A DNA stretch of 64,000 bases from Mytilus trossulus (lineage: Eukaryota): assembly GCF_036588685.1 (NCBI RefSeq), contig NC_086384.1:40300001-40364000 (forward strand), read 5' to 3'. Below the pieces are notes generated by a model that was given only the letters and a program-made list of their open reading frames with translations, had not been told where the DNA came from and did no database searches. The position numbers and the translations under genes are program-made. This document shows positions 53,401-64,000 of the stretch, one piece after another. Positions within the stretch are counted from its first letter, which is position 1. Each line of letters starts with the position of its first letter.

Positions 53401-56400
53401 ATTTGATTTATTTCCAATATTGTTTTTAACCGAGTTCAGAAAGAAATTATGTAATTTTTGAACGTACAGTTTGAAATAAAAAACATGGTCGGATTAGACT
53501 ATCGATTTTCTCAATGGTTGCCTTAAAACCAAAATAATATTTCTGATTTTGGCTAATTTTTAAAACATATGCGTCTGGAGAAAAACAAAACACACCACAC
53601 AAATATAAAGCAGGCCTGTTTGAAATTTCACTGAATTTCAACACACCACTGAATATTCCCGCGTTGCATAAAACATAAAAAGCTTCTGTTTAATTGCGTG
53701 TCGTTTTCAGTCAGGCTATGTGTTATTGGATCACGGGATTTGTTTTCTTCTCAGCAACAACAAAAACAACATTTAATACTCGATTTTAGATCATAAACAT
53801 AAACTTGACCTAACAGTTGTAGACGGACAACTTTGAAAAAAATCAATCTACTTGCAAAATTTTGCGGCGAAAATCAGTTGACTAGACATGTGCGCATGCT
53901 CTCCCGGAAGTGACATTTACTTTCTCTGTTGTCTATTTCCTTTTCAAGGAGTTACTCTTCACAACCGCAATATCGAAACAGACAATGGGTTTCCTTTGAA
54001 CAAAATTTTGCTGATCTTTCATTATTTCTCTTCTTTACTAACACACTGATCCAAGATGTATAACACCATAATTTTACACCCTTTACACCCAAAAACACGA
54101 ATAAGTCCTACTTAATACATAATTTTACAGAAAATCGTGATGGTCTAAGTTGCTACAATACTTGTTCATACAAGCACTTAAATTTGTTTGATGGTTTAAT
54201 ACAAAAGATTTCATATGAAGGCCTACTCTTACGACCATTCTGATATACAAGTACATAAAAGTACGTTTAAAAAATTAAAGATGAATTGGATGAGGTTTAC
54301 ATAACAGATAATAATAATTGGCTAAAAATAGAGAATGAAGAGGAGGACATACAGATTAATCGGCAGCCTTTTAATTGTTGCGTTCTGCTTTGAAGTCGGG
54401 TTGTTGTCACTCTGACACAATTTTCGAAGATGGTAACAAGGGTTAAGTAATAATAAAAAATGATATAATTGGGGGATAAATCTTACAAATAATGAAAATT
54501 GGATAAATAAAATAAAGAATACAGAAAAATGGCATACAGATTAAAGAAAACAAAAATAAAAACACTCATTCAGACCCTCAATAAACCTTTTAAATTGTGA
54601 AATTGCAAGCCATTTTCTGTCTATCTCTTTTAAGACATGGCAAGTAGTCCATGCTTTCCTACAAAAAACTAGAATATTACTTTGATAAAAATAAAATGAT
54701 GCAGAAACAAGGATCCTGTTCAAGGAACAATTTTGGGGAAAACTTGACACTGTAATAAATTGTATCTATTAACCTCTTCTGAAAGTTGAAATAAAAGTTG
54801 AAATAATGTACCTAAATTAATAATATATTACCGATTTGAAGTGGAAATTTGCGTGGCATTGTAAATGCTGCCATAAAAAATAGTAAATTAAAATAAAAGG
54901 TGAATCTGCCAAAAAAGGTGAAAGTTTCTTAGAAATAATATACAAAAAAGAAGATTGTTATAATATACAGTACGTGTATATTGTGTATATTCTTTTTTTT
55001 TTTACGAAAATATTAGTTTATGAGAGGCTTGTGCTAAATGCTTATTTTAACCGAAGCGTTCCTGAAATTGACTGCTATGACATCAATTCAATGAAATCAC
55101 AATAGTCAAAAAGACTAACTTTTTAAAAGTCCTACATGTAGTTACTATAGTAAGCAGATTAACTGAGAATGTAGACAAATAATACTTTCATCCAATTATT
55201 TAATTTTCGGTGAGTTTACCAGCCTAGTTAAGCCCAAAATTGAATCTGTTGCTTTATATTGGCATGTCATCAATGGTTTAGTATAGGAGTGCTCGGTAAA
55301 CATTACGTACTATCTACTTATGCAGAATCTGTTTTGCTAAGCGGAAAACCGGAAAAAGAGTCGTAATCTAAACTATTGATGACATGAAAAGCAAAAGTGT
55401 GAACAGACTAACACATAGATATTTACGAACGGAAACAACCACCCTCCCAAAAGACCTATACTACATGTATCTGAAATTATTTTATCAGTCAATACGACTT
55501 TCGGAAATATTTTGGTATTAAATCCTACCCTAATACTAACAAAAACAATTTCTTATTAGTTTTAACCCTCACTACGTGCCCTTTTAAACTATAAATATAA
55601 ACATACTTTAAAAAAATATTTTCCTTTTTAAGTCGATATCTTTTAAAAACGTCATCAGTAGAAGTCGAAACATACACATGACTTTGTTGATTGATTAATT
55701 GATTGATCATTTATATTAATATCTGAATTTATCGATTGATCAATTGATCGGTTGTGTCTATTAACATTGTTTTTTTTGTGGTACACGACTATTTCCGGTT
55801 CGTATATTATTATTACATTTAAAGTCAGACATGAGACAGAATAGATAAAAGCGATGTTTAATAACCAAGCACTGTTACTAAAATACAAGATGACGGTAGA
55901 GTGTCATATTGAAAACAAACTGTCACCGTTTAATAGTTCAAAGAAATGAAAAGGTTTCAGTAAATGAAAAATAAGTATAAAGTTCTTAAGATTGAACACT
56001 TTGAACTTATAATTCCCCGGGCAAAGTTTACCAAGTTAAATTTGACTTATCTTTCAGGTTTCTTTGATATATTTGTTCAAGTTTTGATGTATTTGTACAT
56101 CTTGTCAAATCTTTGGGTTTTAGCCTTTCTTGTGAGTCGGTGTATTTTCAACAAAAATGCTTCAGAGGCATCAAGTACCAAATGTATAAAGTGCTTAAGT
56201 CCTTGATAGCTATATATAGTATATGAAATAAATCAAAATGTATTACTAGTATATAGAAAAATAATACCCACATGTATACAGTGTTCCAAAGTACAACATT
56301 TATTTTTAAAGACCATGCAGGCTAAGACTGGTAAAATAATGATTTGAAGCAGATGACGTAAATGTTACAAAAATTCTATAGGACCACGTTATCAACGTCA

Positions 56401-58433
56401 ATAGTTTGGCTTTATAAGGTTAGTGATTGCGTAAGGCCAATGCGTTTAGACCTTGCAAACAGCAAAGTTGCTTTATATCCTTTTTAAACCTTTTCTGATG
56501 AATCTTCATGAACTGTTATGAAGTATTTGCCACTGGAAGAAATACAACCAACAACCAATCAACAATTGGTCTGAAGCTATAGTTATTGACGACAATATAA
56601 CTAAATGAACTTTATGATCCGAGGAAAATAAACATGTCCTACCATATCTTCCACATTTAGAAAACAATAGTATATATTGCCGAGGTGTATTTCTCGAACA
56701 GAAGTATGTCATCACATGGTTCATTTACATACTGACTGTTACATTAGGAACCAATCTTGCAAAAATCAGTAAAGTGAGAAGGGGAGATAAAGCTTTTTTT
56801 GGTCTTAACATAAAAGAAACAAAAAGGAAAACAAACATGTGTTTAACATGTGGTTAATATAGTTGTAAGTATTTCTCGTTTGTTATATAAACAAGACCGT
56901 CGGTTTCCCTTTTTGAACGGTTTTAAACAAAGCTGTTCGGTGTGAGCCGATGCTCCTCGTTGAAGGCCGAGCTTTGACCCATACGTGTAGGTTCTCTTTT
57001 ACAACGTGTGACTTGGATGGAGAGTTGTCCAATTGGCACTCATATGGCATCGTCTTGTATTATATAAGGTTCAAGTTAGTCAGAATATTTAAAACAAATT
57101 TTAACGAGTTACCATGACAAAAAAAAATCAATGACAAAGTATGATGTATACGTTTGTAAAATGTCTTCTTTGAACTTGTTTAATCATCTTTTAAATATAG
57201 TTTAGAATAAGTCAAGCTGCGTACCTAAAAACCTACTTTATATTGTGTAAATAGCTACATGTACATGTATGCTAAAGCTTCTCTTAAATTATATGTTGTT
57301 TTCTTTGTTGCGAACGTTGTTTCAAGAATGTCAAAGTGAATGGTGAACTACATTTTTACATTTAGCAGTTAACTTCATGTTCATCAATGTTTTGACGATC
57401 TTGTCGATAACCATAGATATAGGAAGATGTGGTGTGAGTGCCAATGAGTCAACTCTCCATCCAAATAACAATTTAAAAAGTATGACTATTTTCATATTCC
57501 CAGTTTTTGACACCGGAGTATATATATATTTTGACATGTTGAGAACTTACTCTGTAGTAGTACTCGGTCAAGTAAGAGCAACTAAATCGAGTAAAACCAG
57601 GCATTTGTTCAATAGATGCAATCTAGGAAAATATTTAATATATTCCGATGATTTTATCGTTTACAAGAAACGTAAAACAATTATTTTTTTTCCATAATCC
57701 AAGATTGTATAAAAAAAATAATCTTTTACTCGCTCTTACTAGGACGAGTACCAGAATGTCCTTATACAGGCAGTTGATAACCTGACGAAAATTGTCAACT
57801 ACGGCGTCAAAATCCATGAAATGAAAACATGCCATGGCTTATCGTCAGCATGTATATCAGAAACGGATGTTAACATGTATGAATTTTTTCTCATTTTATT
57901 AACTGAGTCAAACGTATCATAATTCACCAAAACTATGTGTTTTTTTATAATTTTTTAAGTGTTACAGACTACAATGTCTCTTGGCGAACCTCCTGATACT
58001 ACGTATTAATGAATTGCAGTTACAAGGAATATCTACATTACAATGTCTTGACGTTCAAAAGAGAATACATTTGAGAATTGAAATGAGGAATATGTTAAGG
58101 AGACAACAACCAGACAAACTGCCAATTGGTCTTCAATTCAGCGAGAAAAACTCGCACCACGATGAGGTTGGCCTCAGCTGGCTTCTAAGTTAAAACATCC
58201 CCATATTTTTTTAAATATTGACATGTTTTCATTTTTGATATAATCAAGATTTACCAAAGCAGAGTTGGGTTACCTTTAGGGTATCAAATATATAAGTGGA
58301 ATATTTTGTTTTGTGGTAGACTAAGTCATTTCGCAAATTTATACTAAAATATTTTCTCAATCGATAAACTTAACTAAAAATGCTACCATGACAGATACCA
58401 CATCATACATACAAAGATTAAAATTTTGTATTT

Positions 58434-58477
58434 GCGCCAGATGAGTTTTTCGTCTACAAAAGACTCATCAGTAACGC
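58434..58477 (-). ncRNA. Hammerhead ribozyme motif immediately downstream of the V3 splice donor (intact CUGAUGA core, degenerate stem III)
   Basis: Reverse complement gcgtta-CTGATGA-gtcttttgtagac-GAAA-aactc-ATC-tggcgc. Confidence 0.55.
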
Positions 58478-58525
58478 TCGAATAAAAAATGTAAATAAGG
58501 CCAAAAAAAGTACGAAGAAACTTAC

Positions 58526-58739
58526 CTCGGAGTGATTGTGGGTTGAACTGTCCTGTCTCAATTCGATAACCATGAGGAGCAGGATTTCTTGGCCGTGCAT
58601 TGTGACCAGGCCTTAATATAACATTTCTACCGTCCAAACGGTCATATTGACAAAAAGCGTCGGGAGCACCACTGCTGTAAGTATTTACGTCACTTACAAA
58701 TAAAACCAGGGAATAAATTGTCAGAAAATAACAGTACAT
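58526..58739 (-). CDS. Variable first exon V3: signal peptide + N-terminal Reeler segment (predicted 227-aa isoform if spliced to exons 2-4)
   Basis: MYCYFLTIYSLVLFVSDVNT-YSSGAPDAFCQYDRLDGRNVILRPGHNARPRNPAPHGYRIETGQFNPQSLR-G; 214 nt (phase 1); consensus donor CGAG|GTAAGT. YSSGAP-x3-C...P-x-H is the typical Reeler N-terminus. Confidence 0.8.
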
Positions 58740-61484
58740 GTTTGTTGAAATTATTTCAATCCGTTAATTATGAGAATGAAAATTAACGAAAACCGTATCA
58801 AGACACTGAATTGTCCCTAAAAACGTTTAACTCTAGCGGAATGCATCAATCAAAATTTCTGAAATCATATGTCAAGTTACTTGTCAGCCAATGACAGGCC
58901 AAGAAAAGAGATGTAAACGCAGACGTGAAATTGTAGAAAAGTTTATAACTAGATCTTTTTGACGTTTGACACCAATGGAGCTCGAATTTTGTTCAGTTAA
59001 ATGGAGAGTTTGTCCAAGACGTTTATAGGTCATAAATCACCTTGAGATGTTACTTTGTTGACAAACAGCCGATCTATTGTCTAGATCAAAGTAAAGTGAC
59101 GATGATTGAAATATTAAATGTAAGCCCCCGAGCCCCGGATGACAGCTAAATCAAAAAAATAAAATATCGTGCAAAACACGTGTTTTGTAGTGTAATTACA
59201 CATTTATACATATACGTTTTTGTCTTTCAAAAGGCAAAGTCATTAAATTTCATGTCGTTTAAAAGGTCGTATACATCTGTTTAAAAGTTATTTTCGTAGT
59301 GTTACGCAAGATAATAATTATTTTCAAAAACATGCTGACTTACATTTTTTTTGTTTTGTTTTTTTATTAAGATTGTTATTTCAAAGAGATTTAAAACTGT
59401 TATTGTGAAAATTTACGACTTTATTACAAACGGAACAAACAAGTAAATATTTTTAAATACTAATGTTTGGTTTTTTTTTGGGTTTTTTAAGTAACTGCAT
59501 ATTTAGACAATTGCGTTATAATGATGTAATATTCATAATTTTCATGTTATTTTTAAAGTCAATAAATCTGTTTAAAGTTTGATTCAAACTGTTAATACAA
59601 TAATACGTTGCTGTCTTTCATAGAAAATTTGATTAAACATACGGTTAAACGGTTTTCCAATAGTTGAAAATTTCACATTGTTTAAGTTCAATGTTTGTCA
59701 AAGTTTTCTTATATTAAAGAAGGGAATGGTAAGTTATGTTTCAGCACACACTGTAAGACATCATTTCTATGCATCCACAGTGTTTTCATTAAGAACCGGC
59801 CGCCGGCCATTTTGAACTGTTCAAATCAATTTCTGGCCGGTTCAGTTGTCCTTAACAAAAAAAAAAAAAGTCCGATTTTTTTTATCAGATCTTTTTATAT
59901 TAAAATCATGACAACGGAGTTCGAAGATTTGTGTTTATATTTTAAACCGACATGCGGTTGCAACGACGATTTTCATTGGCTGTTATTTCAGACTTCCTGT
60001 TTGACACACGTGCTTATCGTTGTTATGATTGAATGAATAGTAATGTACACGGATTCCACTGTACCCTCGCAGCTCTCATGGGGTGTTCCGTAAACGGAGG
60101 GATCTACGTACATACATACATAGTTTTACTGTTTAGGTGATCTACAACGGACCCCGTCGATCTGCCGGCAACTACAAAGCATCCGAAAAGGGGGCAGGGT
60201 ACATCGATGAAAAATTGCTTTGGCAGAACTTCTGGTCCCGTTCCAAATCATAGATATATTTCTGGTGATAATACTTTCAGTTGTGAGGTATGTAACCCTT
60301 TTAAAAGCTATCAAACGAAATTTAGAAGAAGTGGAAGCTCATGTTTTCTTATAAATGAGCCTGGCCAGCACTTCTTCTTTTTCTTTCTTAACACATCTTT
60401 TCATACCACCGGGATAATGGGAAGGGGGATATTTAAAACTGCTGCGTGCAGGGGAAGTGCTGTCCAAATTTTTTTAGGGGTCCCCAAAGGTAGGACAAGT
60501 ATCTGGTTTTAAATGTAAATAGCACCATAATTTTCTTATTGTCCCATGTCCCTATTTAAATAAAATTAACCTCTTTTCAGGTTCAGAGTTTTTGCTACTA
60601 CATGTAACCTTTTATCAACAATTATTATATAGCCAGAAATAAATTATGATGCTCAATGTAGTATTTTTTTATTCTGAGGATGATCAGATTTTGAGGACGA
60701 TTGTTGCTGGTGAACTCTATTTTGGCATGAATAACAAGTTTTTATACATAAGTGTCATTGAATTGTATCCATCAATCATTCTAATAATTAATCTCTTAGT
60801 GAAGTGATATAAATGAAAATATTTCAATATTATACTTTCTGACTTAGTGATGTTAGATATTTAAATTCAATTTTTTTACTTAGAAAAACTTTAGGTTGCC
60901 TACATTAACAGTGGTACTGTAAAAGTGACATTTTTAGAACGATTATAATTTTCTGCCATGCCCAGAATTCAGGATTTTGTGTCTATTTTTTTTTTTAATC
61001 TTTGATGGTGGGGAAAGTGGTAGAAATGACATTTTCAGAACTATAGTTTTATGCCAGGTATGCAGGTTTTTAAGCCTTTTTGTTAAAATTTTGAGGTGGG
61101 CTAGTGGTAAAAGTGACATTTTCAGAACAATAATTTAATGCCCAGAATGCGCCAGAATGCAGGATTTTGCGTCTAATTTTAAAAAAATCGTGGGGGGGCA
61201 AGCCCCCCCAAACCCCCCCTGTTAGGTTTGGGCCTGCTTAAATCTCTAATTGGCCCCTTCAAACAAAATGAAGTGAAACCCCTGCATCCATCGACGCAGG
61301 TTCAGGCTCTGTATAAGTCTGGTTTCTGATAGACCAATGACCACAATTGACGGAAACAATCGTTACTACTCGGCAATGTTCGCTGCAAAGTTATTATAGG
61401 CAAAACGAGAATGTCCGAACAATTTCGAAATTTGTCAGTCGATAAATAACCTCAGTGTTGTGAAAGTATTAGAAAAAAAGAAAA

Positions 61485-61675
61485 AAGAAGATGTGGTATG
61501 ATTGCCAATGAGAAAACTCTCCACAAGAGACAAAAAAAACAATAAAATTAACAACTATAGGCCACCGTACGGCCTTCAACAATGAGCAAAGCCAACACCG
61601 CATGGTAAGCTATAAATAGCCCCGAAATGACAATGTTAAACAATTTAAACGAGAAAACTAACGGCGGCCTTATTT
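61485..61675 (+). repeat. Dispersed repeat (AAGATGTGGTATGATTGCCAATGAGA...CCGTACGGCCTTCAACAATGAGC family)
   Basis: Other copies at ~6455, 20820(-), 24600(-), 39690, 39870(-), 52720(-), 56880(-) and 57415. Confidence 0.8.
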
Positions 61676-62700
61676 ATTTAATAAAAAATACGGCCTTTTA
61701 TTGAAAGAATGAGTCGCACATTTACTTGTTTTAATCTCCATAAAAGATGTAATGACATTTTTTGTTTCTCATCGATAATCGATGAAATTGAGACACGAAT
61801 TGCTGATGATAATTGGTTGCTTAGCGTCCAGTGGCAAATAGTTCATACATGGTCAGGACGATAAGACTAAGGGACTCTGTTGAATAATTCTCTCATTGTT
61901 AGGCATTCCACATTACCTTTTGTATATGAATACTCAGAATAGATATTAAGACAACCTAAACATATCACACTAAAATGAAATAAATCAATTATTATAAATT
62001 ATAATAAAAAAAATCTAATGGAGAAGTTAAAGTTTGAAAAACAAATGAACAAGAAGCAGGTGTGTTTGTCAAATTTGAACCAGTGTTTTGTTAAAATGGT
62101 GGATGTATCACCTAAATGCAGCAAAAAGTAAAACATAATGGAAAATTTAATGATATATTAAAAAGGAAATATTACATAACCAAAATAAAAGTAACATTAG
62201 ATTTGTATGTATACAATGTCATCCATATTACATGTATTTTTAACACCGATTAATTATTTGGTATCTGCCATAAAATATTGAAAAGAAATATATGTCTTCT
62301 GATTTGAATTATGATCTCGTCCGCGTAATCAGGTAATAAAAAAAACTATTTTTCATAATAATTTAAAAATGTTCAACACTCTAAAATAATATAAAAAATA
62401 ATTGATATATGGTCATATCACGTTGGTCATATAAATGTATTGCGGAAGCTTTTTGCTTAAATTTATATGGTTTTGTACTTTTTTTTAGACACTTGACATT
62501 TGTTTTTCTTCGGCAGGTCTGGCAATGTCTACTTAACTAAAGTAATTTTGTGTGAATCAATTTAGATAGCTACATGTATAAAGTCATTGGTACTATAATG
62601 CTGATACCATTGTGTCATACTGTAAATGCTTTTGATACTGTGATATAATGTGGATACTGAAGAGTTTTGAATTCATTATTATAGAGGGGGTGGACACGGG

Positions 62701-62970
62701 GTGCCCTTCTCCCTTCTCCCACCCCACTTCTCCTTTTCTCCTACCCTTCTTCTCCTTTCTCCTACCCCTCTTCTCCTTATTTTTTTTTTAATTTACCGGA
62801 AAAAAGAGAGATATTTTATTTTTTCATATTTTATTTTTTTCTCCAACTTTTTTTCCTTTCTCCCAGCCTTCCTCTCCTTTCTCCTACCCCCTTTCTCCTT
62901 TCTCCCATACCCTTTCTTCTTTCTCCTACCCCCTTTCTCCCTGTCTCCCTTACCCCTGTCCTCCCCCTCA
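62701..62970. repeat. Polypyrimidine/polypurine low-complexity tract
   Basis: Repeated TTTCTCCTACCC-like units. ORFs 62701-62976 and 62831-63052 are by-products of this tract. Confidence 0.85.
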
Positions 62971-63129
62971 TTATAGGTAATCTAAGAACCAGTCTCACGC
63001 TAGCAGCCACAACGCTAGCAGCTACATGTAGTTTTAAGATATGTGAACACAATCAATTTGTTTTTAAAGAAGTTCAAAGTAGGGGTCGGACACCCTACTC
63101 ACCCTTACCTAAAAGTTGATGGAAAATTA

Positions 63130-63378
63130 TGAGGGATGAAATTTGAAAAAAATAGGCAGGACAGGAGTTTTGAGTAAAAAAAGGCAGGATGAGACACTTG
63201 CAAAAAAAAAGTCAGGACGACAATTTAGGTAAAAAAAAGTCGGGATAAACTAAAAAAGAAAGGCAGGACCGAACAGAGTGAAAAATAAAAAAGCAGGACA
63301 GAGAATACAGCTAAAAAAAATGCAGGACAAAATTTTTCATCCTAGCCCCCCACTAAAAATCAAATGGTAGCTCCCTAA
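63130..63378 (-). mobile_element. DNA-transposon end remnant with internal ~30-bp GCAGGAC repeats
   Basis: Repeated AAAA(G)GCAGGA(C/T) units ending in CCCCCC...ATCAAATGGTAGCTCCCTAA. The partner terminus is not seen. Confidence 0.4.
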
Positions 63379-64000
63379 GCGACATCAACTGGTTCAGAGA
63401 TAGAATGTTTCGTCAAAATAGATTCTTTTTTCAAAAAAGTATTAAAGGGCGACACTTACAAACTTCTGATGGAAAAGTCAGTACCATGTAAAAAGCAATT
63501 TTGCCAACTTTTCAAAAATAAATTATTTACGATTCTATAAACACTTAAAAGAGTTTACTATTTAAGATTTAAAGTGTGAAGCTCGCTGTTTGAAAGCGAA
63601 TGATATTGACTGTCTTCAAATAAATGAATATATTAAGATATATACAAGATATATAAGATTTTATTGATATAAAAATCCAAAATCTGGATTGTCATCAACA
63701 CATACACAAAGAACAAACAAACAGTAATCATTACAATCAATGATATGTACATACAATGGTAATATATATTTTCTTTCTTATCTATCTATTTGACTGAGGA
63801 GGTACAGTTTTACATCATAGTTATACAATTTATAAACTAAATAACGTAAAATAGCTTAAGTTAGTTAACGTCTGAACTTGTACATCTCACTAATACCTTT
63901 TATGCAACATTTACTGACATCTTAACCATTACTTCGAAATATGAGGTGAAATTTTTCTATGTCTGAAAGATTATTGAAAGATGGTAAAATATCTGAATTA

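Noticed and set aside
58383-58525. C-terminal part of the 118-aa ORF (GKFLRTFFGLIYIFYSSVTDESFVDEK...) as a possible transmembrane tail
   Set aside because: It is read-through past a consensus GTAAGT donor into a hammerhead repeat; VTDESFVDE is the translated ribozyme core.
59695-61284. ORFs 59695-60036, 60126-60314, 60207-60512 and possible CAGGGG...CCCCTG termini (60449/61284)
   Set aside because: No signal peptide or GAP-x3-C, so not another V exon. The termini are too short and lack a target-site duplication; probably transposon debris.

Overview
AT-rich, repeat-dense eukaryotic genomic DNA. The repeat families resemble those of mytilid mussels (Mytilus-like bivalve; this is inferred from recognised repeats, not from a search). 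The only convincing host gene is on the minus strand and encodes a secreted Reeler-domain ('defense protein'-like) protein with a Gln-rich tail. It has three downstream exons (37707-37449, 35022-34946, 34369-34236). Upstream lie three divergent, paralogous first exons (40985-40739, 50358-50100, 58739-58526). Each encodes its own signal peptide plus the N-terminal part of the Reeler domain (GAP-x3-C motif) and ends in a phase-1 G|GTAA donor that fits the single exon-2 acceptor. By eye I found no other copies of exons 2-4 between them. This suggests a 'variable first exon array + constant region' locus, reminiscent of clustered protocadherins or UGT1A, that swaps part of one domain. The rest of the window holds many minimal type-I hammerhead ribozyme (retrozyme-like) repeats, a decayed Penelope-like RT, an L2/CR1-type LINE fragment, a 61-bp satellite with higher-order structure, hairpin-bearing Helitron/MITE-like elements, SINE-like repeats and two old local segmental duplications.
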